Positions 1 through 14,066 of a DNA stretch of 64,000 nucleotides are shown here, piece by piece. Numbering within the stretch: the first letter of the stretch is position 1; each line of letters opens with the position of its first letter. The notes below the pieces were generated by a model, which was not told the origin of the DNA, did no database searches, and saw only the letters and a program-made list of their open reading frames with translations. Origin of the DNA: Callorhinchus milii (taxonomy: Eukaryota); assembly GCF_018977255.1 (NCBI RefSeq), contig NW_024704742.1:68388001-68452000 (forward strand), given 5' to 3'. The position numbers were made by a program, and so were the translations under genes.

Positions 1-2249
1 TCGACCTTCAGATTAGTTAGTAGCTTTTTGTCTAACAACTGTGACATTCACATTTTTTGCAAACACCGTGCTGGTAATTCAGATTCAACAGAAGAAGCTA
101 AACAGCCAGTTACATCTAATGCAAGCCCCGCTTAAAGAACAGAATACAAATAGCACAGTATGGAGTGGGAAGAGGAATAAAAGCACACAGCAGTAACTTT
201 ACCAGAGATGGGCAAAATGGAGTGGCCTCAAAGTGCTGAAACTGCTGAAGAAACTTGAAAATAGAATTTGTACAATTCCAAGAAAATAATTTCCACATAA
301 TAAGAGTAGACCTACACAAGTACATTTGTAAATTAAATTTTGAAAAACTGTTACATGCATCCCGATCATTGCAAAAACAAACTTTTGTTCTCCAAAATAA
401 ATGAACAGTTTTAGATCACACATCTTCAACTTTACGGCCTATTTGTACCTACTATTCCCTTTGATCAGTCAATGCATAGACCAAGTTAATGTATCTGAAT
501 ATCCTAATCCTTCCCATCAATGGGACACTGATGTGCGCAATTGGTTGCCGTGTTTCGCCCACAAAATACACAGTCAATTCATTTTATAGTATATTCTGTG
601 AAGAGCTTTGAGATGTCTCAATGAAGTGATAAGGTGCTACATCAAATAAAAGGATTATTATTATTATTATCCCCACCACAAACTGGAAAATACAATGTTA
701 ACTCTGCTTTGTACTGTGATGCATTTCTAGTGTACCTTAATGACACAGAATTGCTAATTGGATCAGGGAGTATTATGGCTAAAGAATTTCTGGGAACCTA
801 CTCTTGTCAAAAATAAATCTAATTCTTTCATTTGATGTAACATCTATGTCTAGAGGACTTCTCAAAGAGTTTCACAAGATTTAGTATAAAGCTTAGTGAC
901 TATATATTTTACAGGTTAATGCGGCAGACAACTTGCGCACAGCAATGCCCACAAATAGCCAAGAAGTGAATGATCAGTTCTAAATATAACTTTCTAAACA
1001 ATTATTCACTGGGTAAACCAGTGGGTATATTAAACCTTGATACAGGGCCAACTTGTTTTCCAGAGGAACCAGGTAATACCGTTTTCTCTATAAAACTACT
1101 GCTTTAATCTTTATGTAGGCTAACTTGTTGGCCAAATAAAATTGATCGTCATTGCACCACTGTTTTGGTAGTCTCCTCAGAATTTCTCTAATTTACACTC
1201 CACAGGCCTCTGCTTACGTAGCAGTAAGTAGGAACCCGGTTGTTAGTCAATTGGCAGATCGCTTTTCCGGGGGTAATAATTCCTTCAAAAAATATAATAG
1301 ATAATTTCAATCCACGACTGTTTGTGGGACACTGCTGTGTGCAATTAGCTGCCGTGTTTCGCCCACAGTCAATTCACTTTACAATATATTCTGTGAAGTG
1401 CTTTGAGACGTCTTAAGACGTAATAAGGCACTATATCAAATGCAAGGATTATTATTATTTTTGAAGTTGAAGAAATACTTAAGGCGGCGGCAATACTTTT
1501 TACAGACTGTATTTAGTTTTGATTATTAGAAATCAGACTGCAGCATGCCGATGAAAGCTTCACTTCAAACTTTCACTAACAACAAGTCAATGGACATATG
1601 GAAATCAATAGAGTGAACATAATGAACACAGAATGCTTAAGGAAGAAACCTATCACTTCCATGAGATATCATTTTGTATGACAAATGATTACATATTAGA
1701 ATAGAAAATCCAATCATACTTTGTTTTTACTGTTGAAATAGATTGGGCTTGAATGTACAGACCGAATATTAGCACTAAACTGGCAGTAAATGAAAAGTTG
1801 AACACTGACATGTATGGAAGCTTTGTCCTTTCAAGTACATAAACAAATTTATATTTGGAGGTAGTAAATTATTTCTAGGCTACAAATAGATGAGGGGTGA
1901 GTAACAAAGCAGGTTTCTGTTAATAGTTACGGAAATAAAAACTCAACAATGAAAGCAACAAAAGTATGTTTTAAAACATTGCATATTTACACAACAATCC
2001 AAAATACTCACTTACAAGCTTTCTATAATTGTGTTACCAGTGAGAGGCCTTAATAGATGGAACATTTTTGATGCCGTACAGATAGGTAAGTCCAATGTAC
2101 CCATGAACATCTAAAATAACCCTCTTCATCCATGACTCATTACACATCTCTCTGCATTGGCTTTGGTCTCCAGAAGCAGCATAACATTAATTTACAAATT
2201 TTCACACTCATATTTGAACAAAATCGTGACACTGTAGTTAGAATTTTGT

Positions 2250-2860
2250 ATCTAGAATTGGTTACCCACTTCAGGAAAGGCATGAAGGTGATAGATGGGG
2301 TACAAAGATGATTTACTGGAATAAATGGTTTGGCCTATGAGCGGAGACTGGAGGAACTTGGACATTTCCGCTGGAACCAAGTTTGAGGGTGACCTGATTG
2401 AAGTTTTTAAAATTATGAGGGGCTTTAATACAGTAATTAGGGGGAAATTCTTCCCATTGGTTGGTGAGTCAGTAACTAGAGGACATCAATTTATAAAAAG
2501 AATATTTGCATTTGATACAGAGCCGTATCAGGTCCTTGAGACGTCTCAAAGCGCTTCACAGAATATATTGTAAAGTGAATAGACTCTATATTTTGTGGGC
2601 TAACTAGTAAATAAACACATGGGAAGGTTAGGAGAATTTTCTTTCAAACACGGAGTAGTTATTTTGAAATCCCTGGCGTGGTGGTTGAGTCAGAATCCAT
2701 ATTGATCTTCAAGAAGGAACTAGACAAGTAGCTTAAAGAGTCAGCTACAGGGGTATGTGGGCAAACAGCAGGTAAATGGGACTGAAAGCATTGCTCTTAA
2801 AAGAGCCAGCACAAACACAATGAGCCGAATGGGCTTCTTCTGTGCTGTAAATTTCTATGG
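2250..2860 (+). mobile_element. Degenerate CR1 3' fragment interrupted by a SINE tail (~2500-2600, minus)
   Basis: GDLIEVFKIMRG and FFPLVGESVTRGH motifs; CR1 3' UTR. Confidence 0.8.
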
Positions 2861-4328
2861 CTCCACAATAATTTTTCATGAACGTAAGCAGTACCCACTA
2901 TTATCCTGTACTAGTGTCACTTAATTCAAATGTTGGCAATTAAAAAAAACTGCAAAGAACAGCCATTTGAATAAAGAACTGTAAATATGCAATGTTTTAA
3001 AAAATTAGTCACTCAATCCACGACTGTTTGTGAGACACTGCTGTGCCCAATTGGCTGCCGTGTTTTGCCCACAAAATATACAGTCAATTCACTTTACAGT
3101 ATAATCTGTGAAGCGCTTTGAAACATCTCAAAGACATGATAAAGCACTATATCAAATGCAAGGATTATTATTTCTCTACAGAAATTAAGCAAAATTAAAA
3201 ATCCAGACAAGTTCTTTAAAAATAGCCCAGACACATGATTTATTTTATTCCTCATTCATTTTGCATTCTCAATCTTTAAATAATTTGATATTGCACCTAT
3301 AATGTTTAAATGTCTCAAAGGACTTGATACGGAATTGCTGACAAGTCACTGTGCATTTTCAGGCAGTTATAGCAGCCAATTTGCACCTAGCAGATCTCAC
3401 GAACAGCCCTGACCAATTTATCTAGAGATTATGGCCAACACACCAAGAGAAATTCCCTTCTATGTTCAAATAGTGCTGCAGAATCTTTAACATTCACCTG
3501 AATAGTTGGGACTGGACCTCTTTTAATGTTTCATTCCAAGTATAGAACTAAAGCATAATCCAGCATTCCTGGTACTACACTGGAGTGTCAGCCTAGACTG
3601 TAAACTCAAGCCCCCATGTGGAAATTGAACCCACACACTTCTGACTCAGGCGTAATACTACCAATTAAACAAATCTGATACCCATTTTTATATGACATCA
3701 AAGATTAGTTGGAATTGAATACTTACACCCCTTAGGTGTTTTGAAATAGATTATAAGGAACTTTCCAGAAAAAGATCAAAGGACTCTCCTGTCTGTGTTT
3801 TGAGACACTTTCAGCGCTTTGGGACATCTTCCTGATGTGAAAGGTGCTATATAAATGTCAATTATATTATATTGTCTATATGAGAAGAGGGGAGAGAAAA
3901 AAGGGAGTTGTTCATCAACTGTGGAAGGACCACACCTGATGAACTTATTTTATCTTTTTCTGTTCTTGGATTTTTTATATTCTTGAAGTCAGAAGGATAA
4001 ATATGACACTTTCGACACAATAAAACAGGCTTTTTGGGGGGCTTTTCTAGGTTACAATTCTATTGGGTCATTCTTAGTACATGACAATCAAAGCAGTTTC
4101 TTCTCTTATCCTCCCCCAACTCAATACACATTTTCTTTCATGAGATCCAGTGAGCAGGAATATTCATTAGCAGAATACACAGCTGTATTGGCACTCTGAT
4201 TTCAGATCCAATTATAAACTGAATCGATTCATAGTATTTTGAGGTTATCAGCTGAGTTCATTTTCTGATTGTCTATTAAATTGCCATCCTGAAAAGATGA
4301 ACCACCATGTTCATGCTTTTAAACCTAC

Positions 4329-4402
4329 CTGTATCATCTGTTCTTCCATTGGATAATCTGAAGGAATTCGAATGACTTCCAGCCTGCTTGTATTTTTTAA
4401 AC
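4329..4402 (-). CDS. PTPRA: PTPRA juxtamembrane exon
   Basis: ccag|GTTTAAA...ACAG|gtaggt; 74 nt. Encodes (R)[24 protein letters not shown] versus human [25 protein letters not shown]. Confidence 0.97.
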
Positions 4403-4459
4403 CTGGTAGATAAAAACGTACACTTTGTTTAGAAGTATGTAAAACTAATAGATCTTCAA

Positions 4460-4890
4460 TAATAATAACTCTTGCATTTGATTAATCACTATGTCAGTGA
4501 GACAAATCAAAGCTTTTCACAGGATTTTATTGTGAATTGTGGGGACTGTGTGTTTGTAGGCAAACAGCCAATTTGCACAGAGCAATGTCCCACAAACAGT
4601 CACAAAGTGAATCACCATTTTTTATCCAGGGGATTGTTGACCAGGACACCAGGAGAAACTCCCTTCTCTTTTGGAATAGTACCATGGGATATTTAACATC
4701 CATCTGAACGGGCAGATAGAACCTCAGTTTAACATCTCATCTGAAGAACGGCACCCCTGATAATGCAGTACTCCCTCAGCACTGTATTGGAGTGTCAGTC
4801 TTGACCTTGTGTTCAAAGTCCTGACGTAGGGCTTGAACCTCACCCCCTTTCTTATTAAAAGCGTAAGTGCTACCAACTGAGCTAGTCTGA
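4460..4890 (-). mobile_element. Older Deu-domain SINE (SacSINE1/AmnSINE1-like)
   Basis: tRNA head (TAGCTCAGTTGGTAGCAC..GGTTCAAGCCC) followed by GTACTGCATTATCAGGGGTGCCGTTCTTCAGATGAGATGTTAAAC..GATGGATGTTAAATATCCCATGGTACTATT, resembling the Deu domain. Related copies at ~3280-3680, 29820-30070, 52100-52410. Confidence 0.75.
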
Positions 4891-5214
4891 CGTCTGCAAT
4901 AATAATCCTTGCATTTGATATAGCGCCTTATTTCATCTTCGAGATGTCTCAAAGCGCTTCACAGAATTAACATAATATAAAAATGTACTGAATGTAATTC
5001 ATCTTCCTGTACTTTAATGCATGGCATCAGGGCAACTCAACGTGCCCCGAAATTCCCTTCCCCATAAGCATCAAATTATTCGACAAACAACAACTGGCAT
5101 TTATACACCAATCCACCTTTGCCAGAAATGGCTCTTTCAATGTCAACCAAGTCTGTAACACAATCCAAAAGGGGGAATTGGATCATTCAGTTTTATTATT
5201 CTGCAGGCTTAAAT

Positions 5215-5650
5215 CAAAAGGACAAATTGCATTTATAAAGTACCTTTCACATCAAGAGGACATCCCAATGTACAGGACACTCGAGGGTTTGCAGTCGAGC
5301 TGGGGGTTATATTTGAGGAGTGGCGGCCAAGGATGTAGAGTAGCAAGATGATCAAAGGCACAGTCAAAGCGCATGGTCTTAAGACAGACTTTAAAAGAGG
5401 CAAGGGAAGGGGTGAGGGAAAGGGACTCCAGGGAGTTTCAGAGAATGGGGGTAGAAAGACTGAAGGCCTGACTGCCAAATGGTGGGGCGGGCAGGGCGAG
5501 GGGAATATGAAGCAGGCCTGTTGAGCGGAGCGAGCGAGCAGGTTGCTAAGGTTTTAGAAGGTCGCACAGTTAGTGAGGGGCAAAACTGTGGAGGGTTTAA
5601 AAGGTAAGTGTGAGATCTTGAACACAATCTTCTGGGGGGATGGGGAACAG
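5215..5650 (-). mobile_element. Degenerate L2 3' fragment
   Basis: 3' UTR and tail similar to the other L2 copies. Confidence 0.7.
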
Positions 5651-5983
5651 CTTTGCTGTTTGTCAGTTCATCTGCATCTATATCTGTCCTTTTCTGTAAT
5701 GATTTTCTTCATTTTGTCAAAGTAAACTCTTATATGAAATCAAACTGTGATCGTCTCTGTATATTTGTCATTACTTATTTAGTTTGTGCCTATTGTGCCT
5801 GTCTGATGTCTACTGGTTCATCCAGAATGTGTCCAGAGAACCCGATTTGTAAAACCAATTTTAGAAGTAGTAGTTCACAAGTAAGCATAGGTAACTATGC
5901 TACAGCTGAACTGTCAAGATTGCAATTGTATTGGGCTAATGAGCAAAAAGACTCTTGCAAATACACCAGCGTACACTGATAAC

Positions 5984-6686
5984 CTGGGCCAATAGAAAAA
6001 TGCAGGCAAACTTTCTCCGCGGAATCCCCACAAAACACCCCCTCCACTACAAACCCGCTATAAATGTAGTTTTTGGCCCGTGGGCCTCCCAGCTGTTTAC
6101 CTGTCTCCCTCGCCTATGTGTGTTTGTGGCTGTGCCTGTGTGTGTTTCTCTACTTGTTTGTGAGTGTCTCTATGTGAGTGTGCATCTCTCTCTGTGTCTG
6201 AGTGTGCGTTTCTCTCTGTGTCTCTGTCTGTGTGTCTGTGTGCGGTGCTGAGCCCGGTATGTGTGTGTCTGTCTGTGTCTCCCTCTCCTATGTGTGTTTG
6301 TGGCTGTTCCTGTGTGTGTCTCTCTATGTGTTTGTGAGTGTCTCTATGTGAGTGCATCTCTCTCTGTGTCTCTGAGTGTGTGTATCTCTGTGTGCCTGTG
6401 TCTCTGTGTGTCTGTGTGCAGTGCTGAGCCCTGAGAACTGCTGTAACTTCCCTGGTGTCCCCCAACCCCCAAAAAGGCCTCCCAGAAGTAATTAATTTTT
6501 TTTGCAACAATCTAATATATGTTATTGCCTCATGTTTAGTTTTTAATCAATAAAGTGAAAAAATGTAGGTTGGCAATAAAATTAACCTCAATAACACCAA
6601 TCAATTCCCCGACATTTTCTGCAAAAGGTGCCAAAACTTTCCCTGCAATTTTGGGCATATATTTCTACACTTTTCTATTGGCCCAG
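5984..6686. mobile_element. Non-autonomous DNA transposon (MITE-like) with 16-bp TIRs
   Basis: CTGGGCCAATAGAAAA at 5984-5999 and its exact reverse complement at 6671-6686; flanks ctgataac / ctgataaa (7/8 match, TSD-like). Confidence 0.7.
6101..6431 (+). repeat. Two tandem copies of a ~170-bp TG/TC-rich unit
   Basis: Both units contain CCTATGTGTGTTTGTGGCTGT and end in GTGCTGAGCCC. Confidence 0.85.
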
Positions 6687-6718
6687 CTGATAAATCAACA
6701 TTTTCAATTGTCACTTAC

Positions 6719-6803
6719 CTCAGCATATACAGTACTATAATAATAAATACAATGACCAACAGTGACGAGAGGGCCACCATTACTGCTATAATTGGCATCT
6801 CAT
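6719..6803 (-). CDS. PTPRA: PTPRA transmembrane exon
   Basis: ttgcag|ATGAGATG...CTGAG|gtaagt; 85 nt. Encodes (D)EMPIIAVMVALSSLLVIVFIIIVLYML(R), nearly identical to human DETPIIAVMVALSSLLVIVFIIIVLYMLR. Confidence 0.97.
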
Positions 6804-7400
6804 CTGCAATGAAAAACATAAGAATGCATTATTGCCAACACATTGGGTATGGAGAAAGGGCAGGTAAATGAGCCTGAAAGAATTGCTCTGAAAAGAGCCA
6901 GGCAGACACGATGGGCTGAATGCTGTAAAATTCTATTGTTCTATATGAAAAAAGTACACAATGTATTCGGTGAGAGATATTTCATCAGAACATGCAACTG
7001 TAAAGCTGTACAGTATCTTCTATAAGAATGTATATAAAGTTACAATTTAAAAAAAAGCCGTATTTGCCATTTAAAACGTTCATTTTAAGGACTGAAGATA
7101 CCACACATTTTCTTTTGATTATTATTTCCAGATATGGCAAAAAAAAGAAAATTATCAGTTTTCAAATATACAATTTAGAAGGAATAAAATGATACTGTAG
7201 CAAGTTAATAATTATCTTGGCTCCTCAGACACGGTTTGCAAGCAGACAGGGTAAACAGATCAAATCATAAATTAAAAAAAACCAGTATTTTATCTTAAAA
7301 TTATGCCTTCAAAGGCGACTTCCATAATTTATGTCATGTGTTTTAAAAAGCACAAGGTTGTTTGTTTACATTGGTTGTTTTTAAAATGTTGTTAGTAAAG

Positions 7401-7705
7401 TCTATAGTTCAGTGGTTAGAGCAAATGCCTCACAAGCGAGAGACCTGGGTTCAATTCCAGGCAGGGTGAAACCTTGGGCAAGTTTCTTTACCTCACACAC
7501 CTGATAATAATCCCTCAAGAAAAAAAACAATAATAAATTGGTCACTTCAATCCATAACTGCTTGGGGGACACTGCTGTGTGCAATTGGTTGCCACGTTTC
7601 GCCCACAAATATAGTCAATTCACTTTACAGTATATTCTGTGAAGCGCTTTGAGACATCTAGAAGAAGTGAAAAACACAATATCAAATGCAAGGATTATTT
7701 ATTAT
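7401..7705 (+). mobile_element. tRNA-derived SINE, short subfamily
   Basis: Same head, internal deletion junction and tail layout as 50393-50717. Confidence 0.85.
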
Positions 7706-8479
7706 AAAATCATAGAATCATACAGCACAGAAAGAGGCCATCTGGCCCATCGTTCCTGTCTGATATCTACTGGTTCACCTCCATTGACTAAACTGTGTTG
7801 TAGTTGCATTTGCTTAACCAAGGAAGCCATTACGCCCATTGTACAAGAGACGGTGCTATCTTTTCAGATAAAGCACAGCTGGTAGAATCAGTAGCAGTGC
7901 AGACAATAGGGCTTGTATTCATCTTTGTATTTAACTTAAGATATGAATGTTAGTCACACATAAGCACAGAGTCAGACATTTTAGAGTTGTTTTTTTAGCA
8001 AAGCAGATTAATCGATGCCACAAATCTGCCAGTATGCAGTGCCGAAGCTTTTATCTAACAAAAGTCCTAGCCTTGAAAGGATTAGAGCGCACTATGACAT
8101 AATAATTGCTCTCAACATCTCCATTATTGTAGAATGCAACTACCAGGATTGTAGAAGGCAAATCAGATGGACCTTGGTCTTTTTTAGTCCAGCGATTCCT
8201 CTGTTCCTATGACCCAGCTGTTCAATGCTTGTATATTTATTAAAAAAAACACGCTAGGATATAACTACTACAAACCACTCTATAATTTATACTGCTCTAA
8301 AAAATACTTATCATACTTTCCTCAAAAAGGATTAGTGTTCTTTCACAAATAGCAGCCAAATGCGTTGCATGAACATCACATGCTAGAACAATATATCAGA
8401 AACCCAGTATTGCAAGTATCATTGCAACAGTATTAAAAGTTTTGATAAACTGATTAAAACTCGAGTTAAAACCAATCCC

Positions 8480-9125
8480 AGCAAGATTACAGACTGCCTT
8501 TCACGTCAGGAGTGCATCCCAAGGCTCTGGACATTCAGGGATTTGGACCAGAGTTTGGGGCAGGGAGAGTAGCCAAAGGCTTGGTTGAAGAAGTGGGTTT
8601 TGAGACTGAAGGGAAGGGAAGGTGGAATGGAGTTCCATTGGGTGGGGGTAGAAAGCCCGGCCGCCGATAGTGGAGCAGGCCGAGCGAGTGATGTGGATCA
8701 GGCCAGAGACTACTTAGCGGAGGGAGTGGACAGGTTGATATGGGGTCAGTACGTCACAGAGGTAGGGAGGGGCAAGTCTGTGGAGGGCCTTGAAGGCAAG
8801 GATGAGGGGGTGGGGAGCCAGTGGAGCCAGGCCAGGGTGGGGGTAATGGGATCATGGAGCCTGGTGCGGGAGAGGACACGAGCTACAGAGTTCTGGATGA
8901 TCCCGGGAAGAGTTGGGGAGGCCGACAAGCAGGGAGATGGCGTATTCGAGGTGATAAATGTGTGGATGAGGGTTTTGGCAGCCTGAGGAATGAAGCAATG
9001 GCGGAGCCGGGCAATGTTGCGGAGGTGGGGAAGGCAGAGCGGGTCATGGCACGAATGTGGGGTAGAAAGGAAAGTTGAGGGTCAAACAAGATGCCAAGGT
9101 TCCAGACTGGCTCAGTGAGGTGGAG
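8480..9125 (-). mobile_element. L2 LINE 3' fragment
   Basis: NLGILFDPQLSFLPHI and IQNSVARVLSRTRLHDPITPTLAWLHWLP. Confidence 0.85.
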
Positions 9126-12100
9126 TGTGCATCCTTGGATTAGTTTTGAGTGGCACACATCAACACACAGAACACTCATCATCAATTACTGAGCCAACCA
9201 TATCTCCTCTCTTGTTTAGAACCCAAGAACTTGTTAGGCGAAAGAAGACAAAGGTCCATCTAGTTCACCTTTCACCATCCTGGCAGTCGCTTTACATGGG
9301 ATATGCTATGACAGCAAAGAAAACAAGTGAAATTTAATGGCAAGCTGCCAATTATTTCTGCAGTATTTGCTATAAAGGCTCAGAAGCAGAAAACACAGAA
9401 CACAAAGATGCTTACCCATTTGCAAACATTTTTAACATTGTTTGGGAGTCATTTTGTACAGTTTGTGTACAAATTGAAACTAAATCTTCAGAAGCTTCAC
9501 ACATGTGGATTTTGTAAACTTAGGTCTATTCAATGTACTTGGATTTGATTTAGTCAAGTCACATTATATCAAGAGTCGAATAGTTTCAATCGCATTTAAA
9601 AATTATGGAACTCAGTGCCTTGGTACAACCTCCCGATGTGAAAGGTGCCATATAAATGCAATTTGTTGTTGTTGAACTTTGAGCAAAACGTTCGAAAATA
9701 TTTTAAAATAATGACTGTTATTTAAGTGGTTCCATTTTTATTTCATTCAACTTATAAGGCTATGTTTTAATTATAAAATGACTTGAGGCTGGTTTCTTGG
9801 GCAAGATATTTGATGAAGAATCATGGGTTGGAGTTTATACCCAATTGGTCTGATTTTGACCACCAGGTGGAGATATTAAATATATTTCATAGACACTAAC
9901 TTGCCATCACTGTATTTTCTCAACACAATACAAAATTCACAGCCTTAAACAGCAATGTTTATGAAGCAATGTTGGACACAATGGGCTTGACAACTTAGTT
10001 CCATCAATGAACTTTCTTTGAGGTTTTTGCCAAAATCTTAATCAATGGGTAGCAAGAGATATGGGCAAAGGCAGGTAATTCAAGTTGAGATACAATTCAG
10101 CCATGATCTAATCAAAATGGCAGAACACTCTCGAGGGGCTGAATGGCCTACTTCTCTCTGTTCTCTGTTCCAAATGAATCACTTAATGAATGTTCAGTGC
10201 TTCCTACATGGTCTTCTCCATACTCTTTATGTTACTTGCCTGCATGACACAACCATAAAACATATATTGTTGTGGCAGAATCCATATTTGTTTTCAAAAG
10301 GAAACGAGATAGACAGCTAAAAAATACTAATTTGTACGGGTATGGGGAAAAAACACAAATAAATGAGACTGAATGGATTGTCCTTAGAAAGAACTAGCCG
10401 GACACAATGGGCTGAATGGCTGCTTCCTGTGTTGTAAATTTCTATGGTTTCATGTCATTGTTTAGAAATATTCTTCAAATGGCGTTACAATGATATAGAA
10501 CACAAAAGCCTACAGTCCCAAAATTGGCCATTTGGTCCATCAAGTCTCCAAATAGTCTCTAGCTAATGTCAAGAGTGCATTATAGTGCCTGATCATAAAC
10601 ACTGTGATCATGATCAAATATTACCTCTCTTGGAAATGGGGAAGATAATCATTATGGATTAAAACTCTTTTACCTCTGATACCAAATTTAAAGCCCATTT
10701 ATACTAATGGCTTAGAAGTCTTCCCTTGTTGCAAGGGTTGGTTGAGGGCCGTCAGAACCTAGATTCTTCCAGGGTGCAGGTCCAGAGGACAAAATAGCCA
10801 TAGTTCAGTATAAACGGCACATAATGAGTGTGGTGGTGAGAATTCATATGTAGTAGGCGTTCTTCCAATTAAATAGCTTGGACTTCATAAATGGCCCAAA
10901 ATACCTTAACTTTGAAATATTTATCCAATACAACCATGCATTCTTTTCCATTCTAAAATCTCAGGTTTCTTTGGCTAAACTACTGATCAGATTTATCATT
11001 ACATTCCACTGCTAATGTGCAAAAAGGATCTCTTAGTTATCTGACCTTCCAGCGTCCCTTTCCCTGCTCACACTTTATGAGAAATGGCAATGGAGTCAAA
11101 GTTAAGCAAACACATTTTACTTAACATTTAAGCAAACACATAAGTGCTCTGAGACACTATCCTGCGTGGAGGGTGCTATATAAATGCAAGTTGTTGTTGT
11201 ATTTTAGTACCTATCTGAGGTAGGAACTTGGCAAATGCATTCCTAATAATCAAGCCAGACAAAATATGTGACATAATTCTCTAACTTTGACAATATTTGG
11301 GTAGGTTAGTTTGGGCTCTTGTCCTACACCATTTCTGAGACTGCCCATTGAGCACTATAAAGAGTATTTGTTGAAAGCAAACCACAAAGGTTTGGCCAGA
11401 GAAAATAAACAGAAATGAGTAAAAACTAAATTTAGAGACACAAAGAGGATAATCTCTACTCAGACTGAAAAAATGTTGTGAGCAAACAGCTGGGCAACAC
11501 AATAAAGCAAAACTGTTAGAGCCAATCATAATAAAATGAGATACCATAAGAGGAAGGGAGGAGGGAATAGGTAATTCACTGGAAGAATGAGCTTCAGTGA
11601 AATGAATGGCCTTTTTTCTCTTCACTCGCTGCCTTTCCTTATGCACGCTCATTAATCACCTTGTAGTTAGTTTTACTGAACAGCAACATTAATTGACGAC
11701 TCACGTCCTACGTTTCCAATGAGGGAAAGGCTGCAGCGTTAAAAGCAGTGGGGAAGAATAGTCTAAAATTAAATTGATCAAAATGTGAATCTGTTGCACC
11801 AATTTATTTTCAGAAAGCTTCCCCAGTAAATTTAATCAGAATTAATGGGGTTAGTCAATTTAAAAATGCTGGACAATCTGTTAAATACCGAGGAAATAAT
11901 ACAATGGAGCCCAGTTACAAGGTGGTAAGTTGGGGATCCGTAAATCCCAACACAACCTACAAGTAGGACACTGTAGACAGTCAGTTCTTATTTGGATTCA
12001 CTGTGCATGCTTCTGCACTTACAAAAAAGTCTGACGTCTGGGACATTGCATTGCTCGCTGTGTCATTTCTTGCACACTGTGCAAGCGAAGTGACATCCGC

Positions 12101-14066
12101 GACCACATGATGACCCAAAGCTGGCTTTTTTTTAGCGCAAGAGCCAGGAGACCCATGGAAATGAGCCAGCCAGCTGCAGGCATATGCAGTAAATAGTGTT
12201 CACAATATATTATAAGCAAACTTGTGTTATGACAAAGCACATTATAACTGGGTTGCACTGTATTGTGGCTTCCTGAAATATGTTATCCAATGTGGCAAAA
12301 GAACAAAGCTATTCACTAAGTAAAAACAACTATCCCAGTGGACACGGTCACTAGAAGAACTATTAAAGACAGCTCATATCCATACAATTAAGATGTATTT
12401 TCTAGGACATTTCATGTTTTGTCATGTCAAATAATAAGAGAGCGCTAAATGGGGAAAAATAATGCAAAAAAAACTGAACAAGTAAATATAAGTCAGGATT
12501 TATTTTGGATCATAAAAAACTCAAGCGTTTTCTGTCCACGTCAAAGACAGTCAACTAAAGAATACCACAACATTTTTCACAACAAATCTTCTAAAAGCTC
12601 CTTCGCTCTCAAAGATTGATAGCAGGAAATGTAAACAAATCTGGCATCATATAATTACCTGGGTATCAAAAATGCAATCTGAAGAGGTTATGTGTTGAAT
12701 CACACTGAGTCAACTGTGCAACACTGCAGGGTATGGAAGTCATTTGAGTGCAGCATTGGTACGTAAATTTCCGCACTGCAATGGATGAGCATCTCAATGC
12801 TGATAAAAGTCCAAAACGATTCAGACAATGAGTTATTTTTTTGAGAAAATTTATTTTTAGCCATTGACTTTCACATACAAACAGGATATTTACAGTGGAA
12901 ATTAGTAATGCCTGACTTTAAATAGTCCCTAGCTTTAAGTAATAAAATAATCAACTTGTACTGTTCTCCCAAATGCCAAGTTTAAAGTTGTGTTATTGTA
13001 TTCTGTATAGGATCATAGGGCTGGAAAAGACGATATACTGGTCAAAGCCATATGAAAATCAACTGGTCATTTATAAACAATACCATATTGAATGCACACA
13101 CAATGCTGCACAATGACACAGACACAATAGCCAAGTGAGCAAGAGATGCTTTGGACAGATGGACGTTCACAGTTAGATGCCACAATAGACTGATTTTAGA
13201 ACAGGAAGAACTCAAAACTGCTCACCTTTTCCTCCCCCTGGGTCAGATCCGCCTGTACAACAACAGTGCACAATTAATTGTTACCTCGGAGGTGTGCAAT
13301 AAAACATGATGATGGCAATGGTATGAAATGCAACAGATGCCAGCACAAATCTAAGAAACTAACTCACTTACAGTTCTTGAAATGTATTCCTTAGATATTT
13401 CATGTATTTAGGATCTGTGATTGTTGATCTGATGCATGTACAGCCACAGATTTTCTCCTGTCCTCATCTTTAATAATTTCTACATAATTTTTTAAGAAAT
13501 ACAAATTTATTTATGGATCTGTCCAGACCTCTGCTCTTTTAAATACTGATGAAAATCAACACACACAGCATTGAGAGCACGAGATACTACTATAAACACA
13601 CCTTTCTCTATATCACTGCTTGAGTTTACAGCAATGCACAATTCACATAAGGATTCACAGTATAAGAAATACAATAAATCTGCCTGTCTTCTCAACATCT
13701 ACATACTTTAAAATCACCACTTTATCTGTTCTCTCCTCTTGTCAACCAAGGTGGTGCAATTCACTATTCACACAGGTCACTCAATAAAAATAGTCACATA
13801 ATCCCTCAAAATAGTGCTCAACAGAATGTACCAGCTCACAATGCATTTAGTATTTATTTTGTTCAGCATTTATTATCCAAAATCAATAAGGCCAGCTGAG
13901 TGAAAGAGGCCACCCTGCTCCAAACCATTCTCTAAAATCTTAAGAGCTTTGGCCAGCTGCAGCCAGGCTATTACACTAATCGCACTAACACAAGTGCTGC
14001 TCCACTTTCACCTCAATATTAATCCAAAAAGTCTGGATGGATTATTAATTGCCCGTGGAAACATCT

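Noticed and set aside
1..4328. Next PTPRA exon (PQSVPLLARSPS...)
   Set aside because: Not found by eye; it presumably lies left of position 1.
6097..6510. 137-aa His/Thr/Arg-rich ORF
   Set aside because: Translation of a TG/TC-rich tandem repeat.
13372..13479. Possible 108-nt PTPRA exon (strong donor gtaagtgag)
   Set aside because: A-rich acceptor with no pyrimidine tract, in-frame stop and no similarity to PTPRA.
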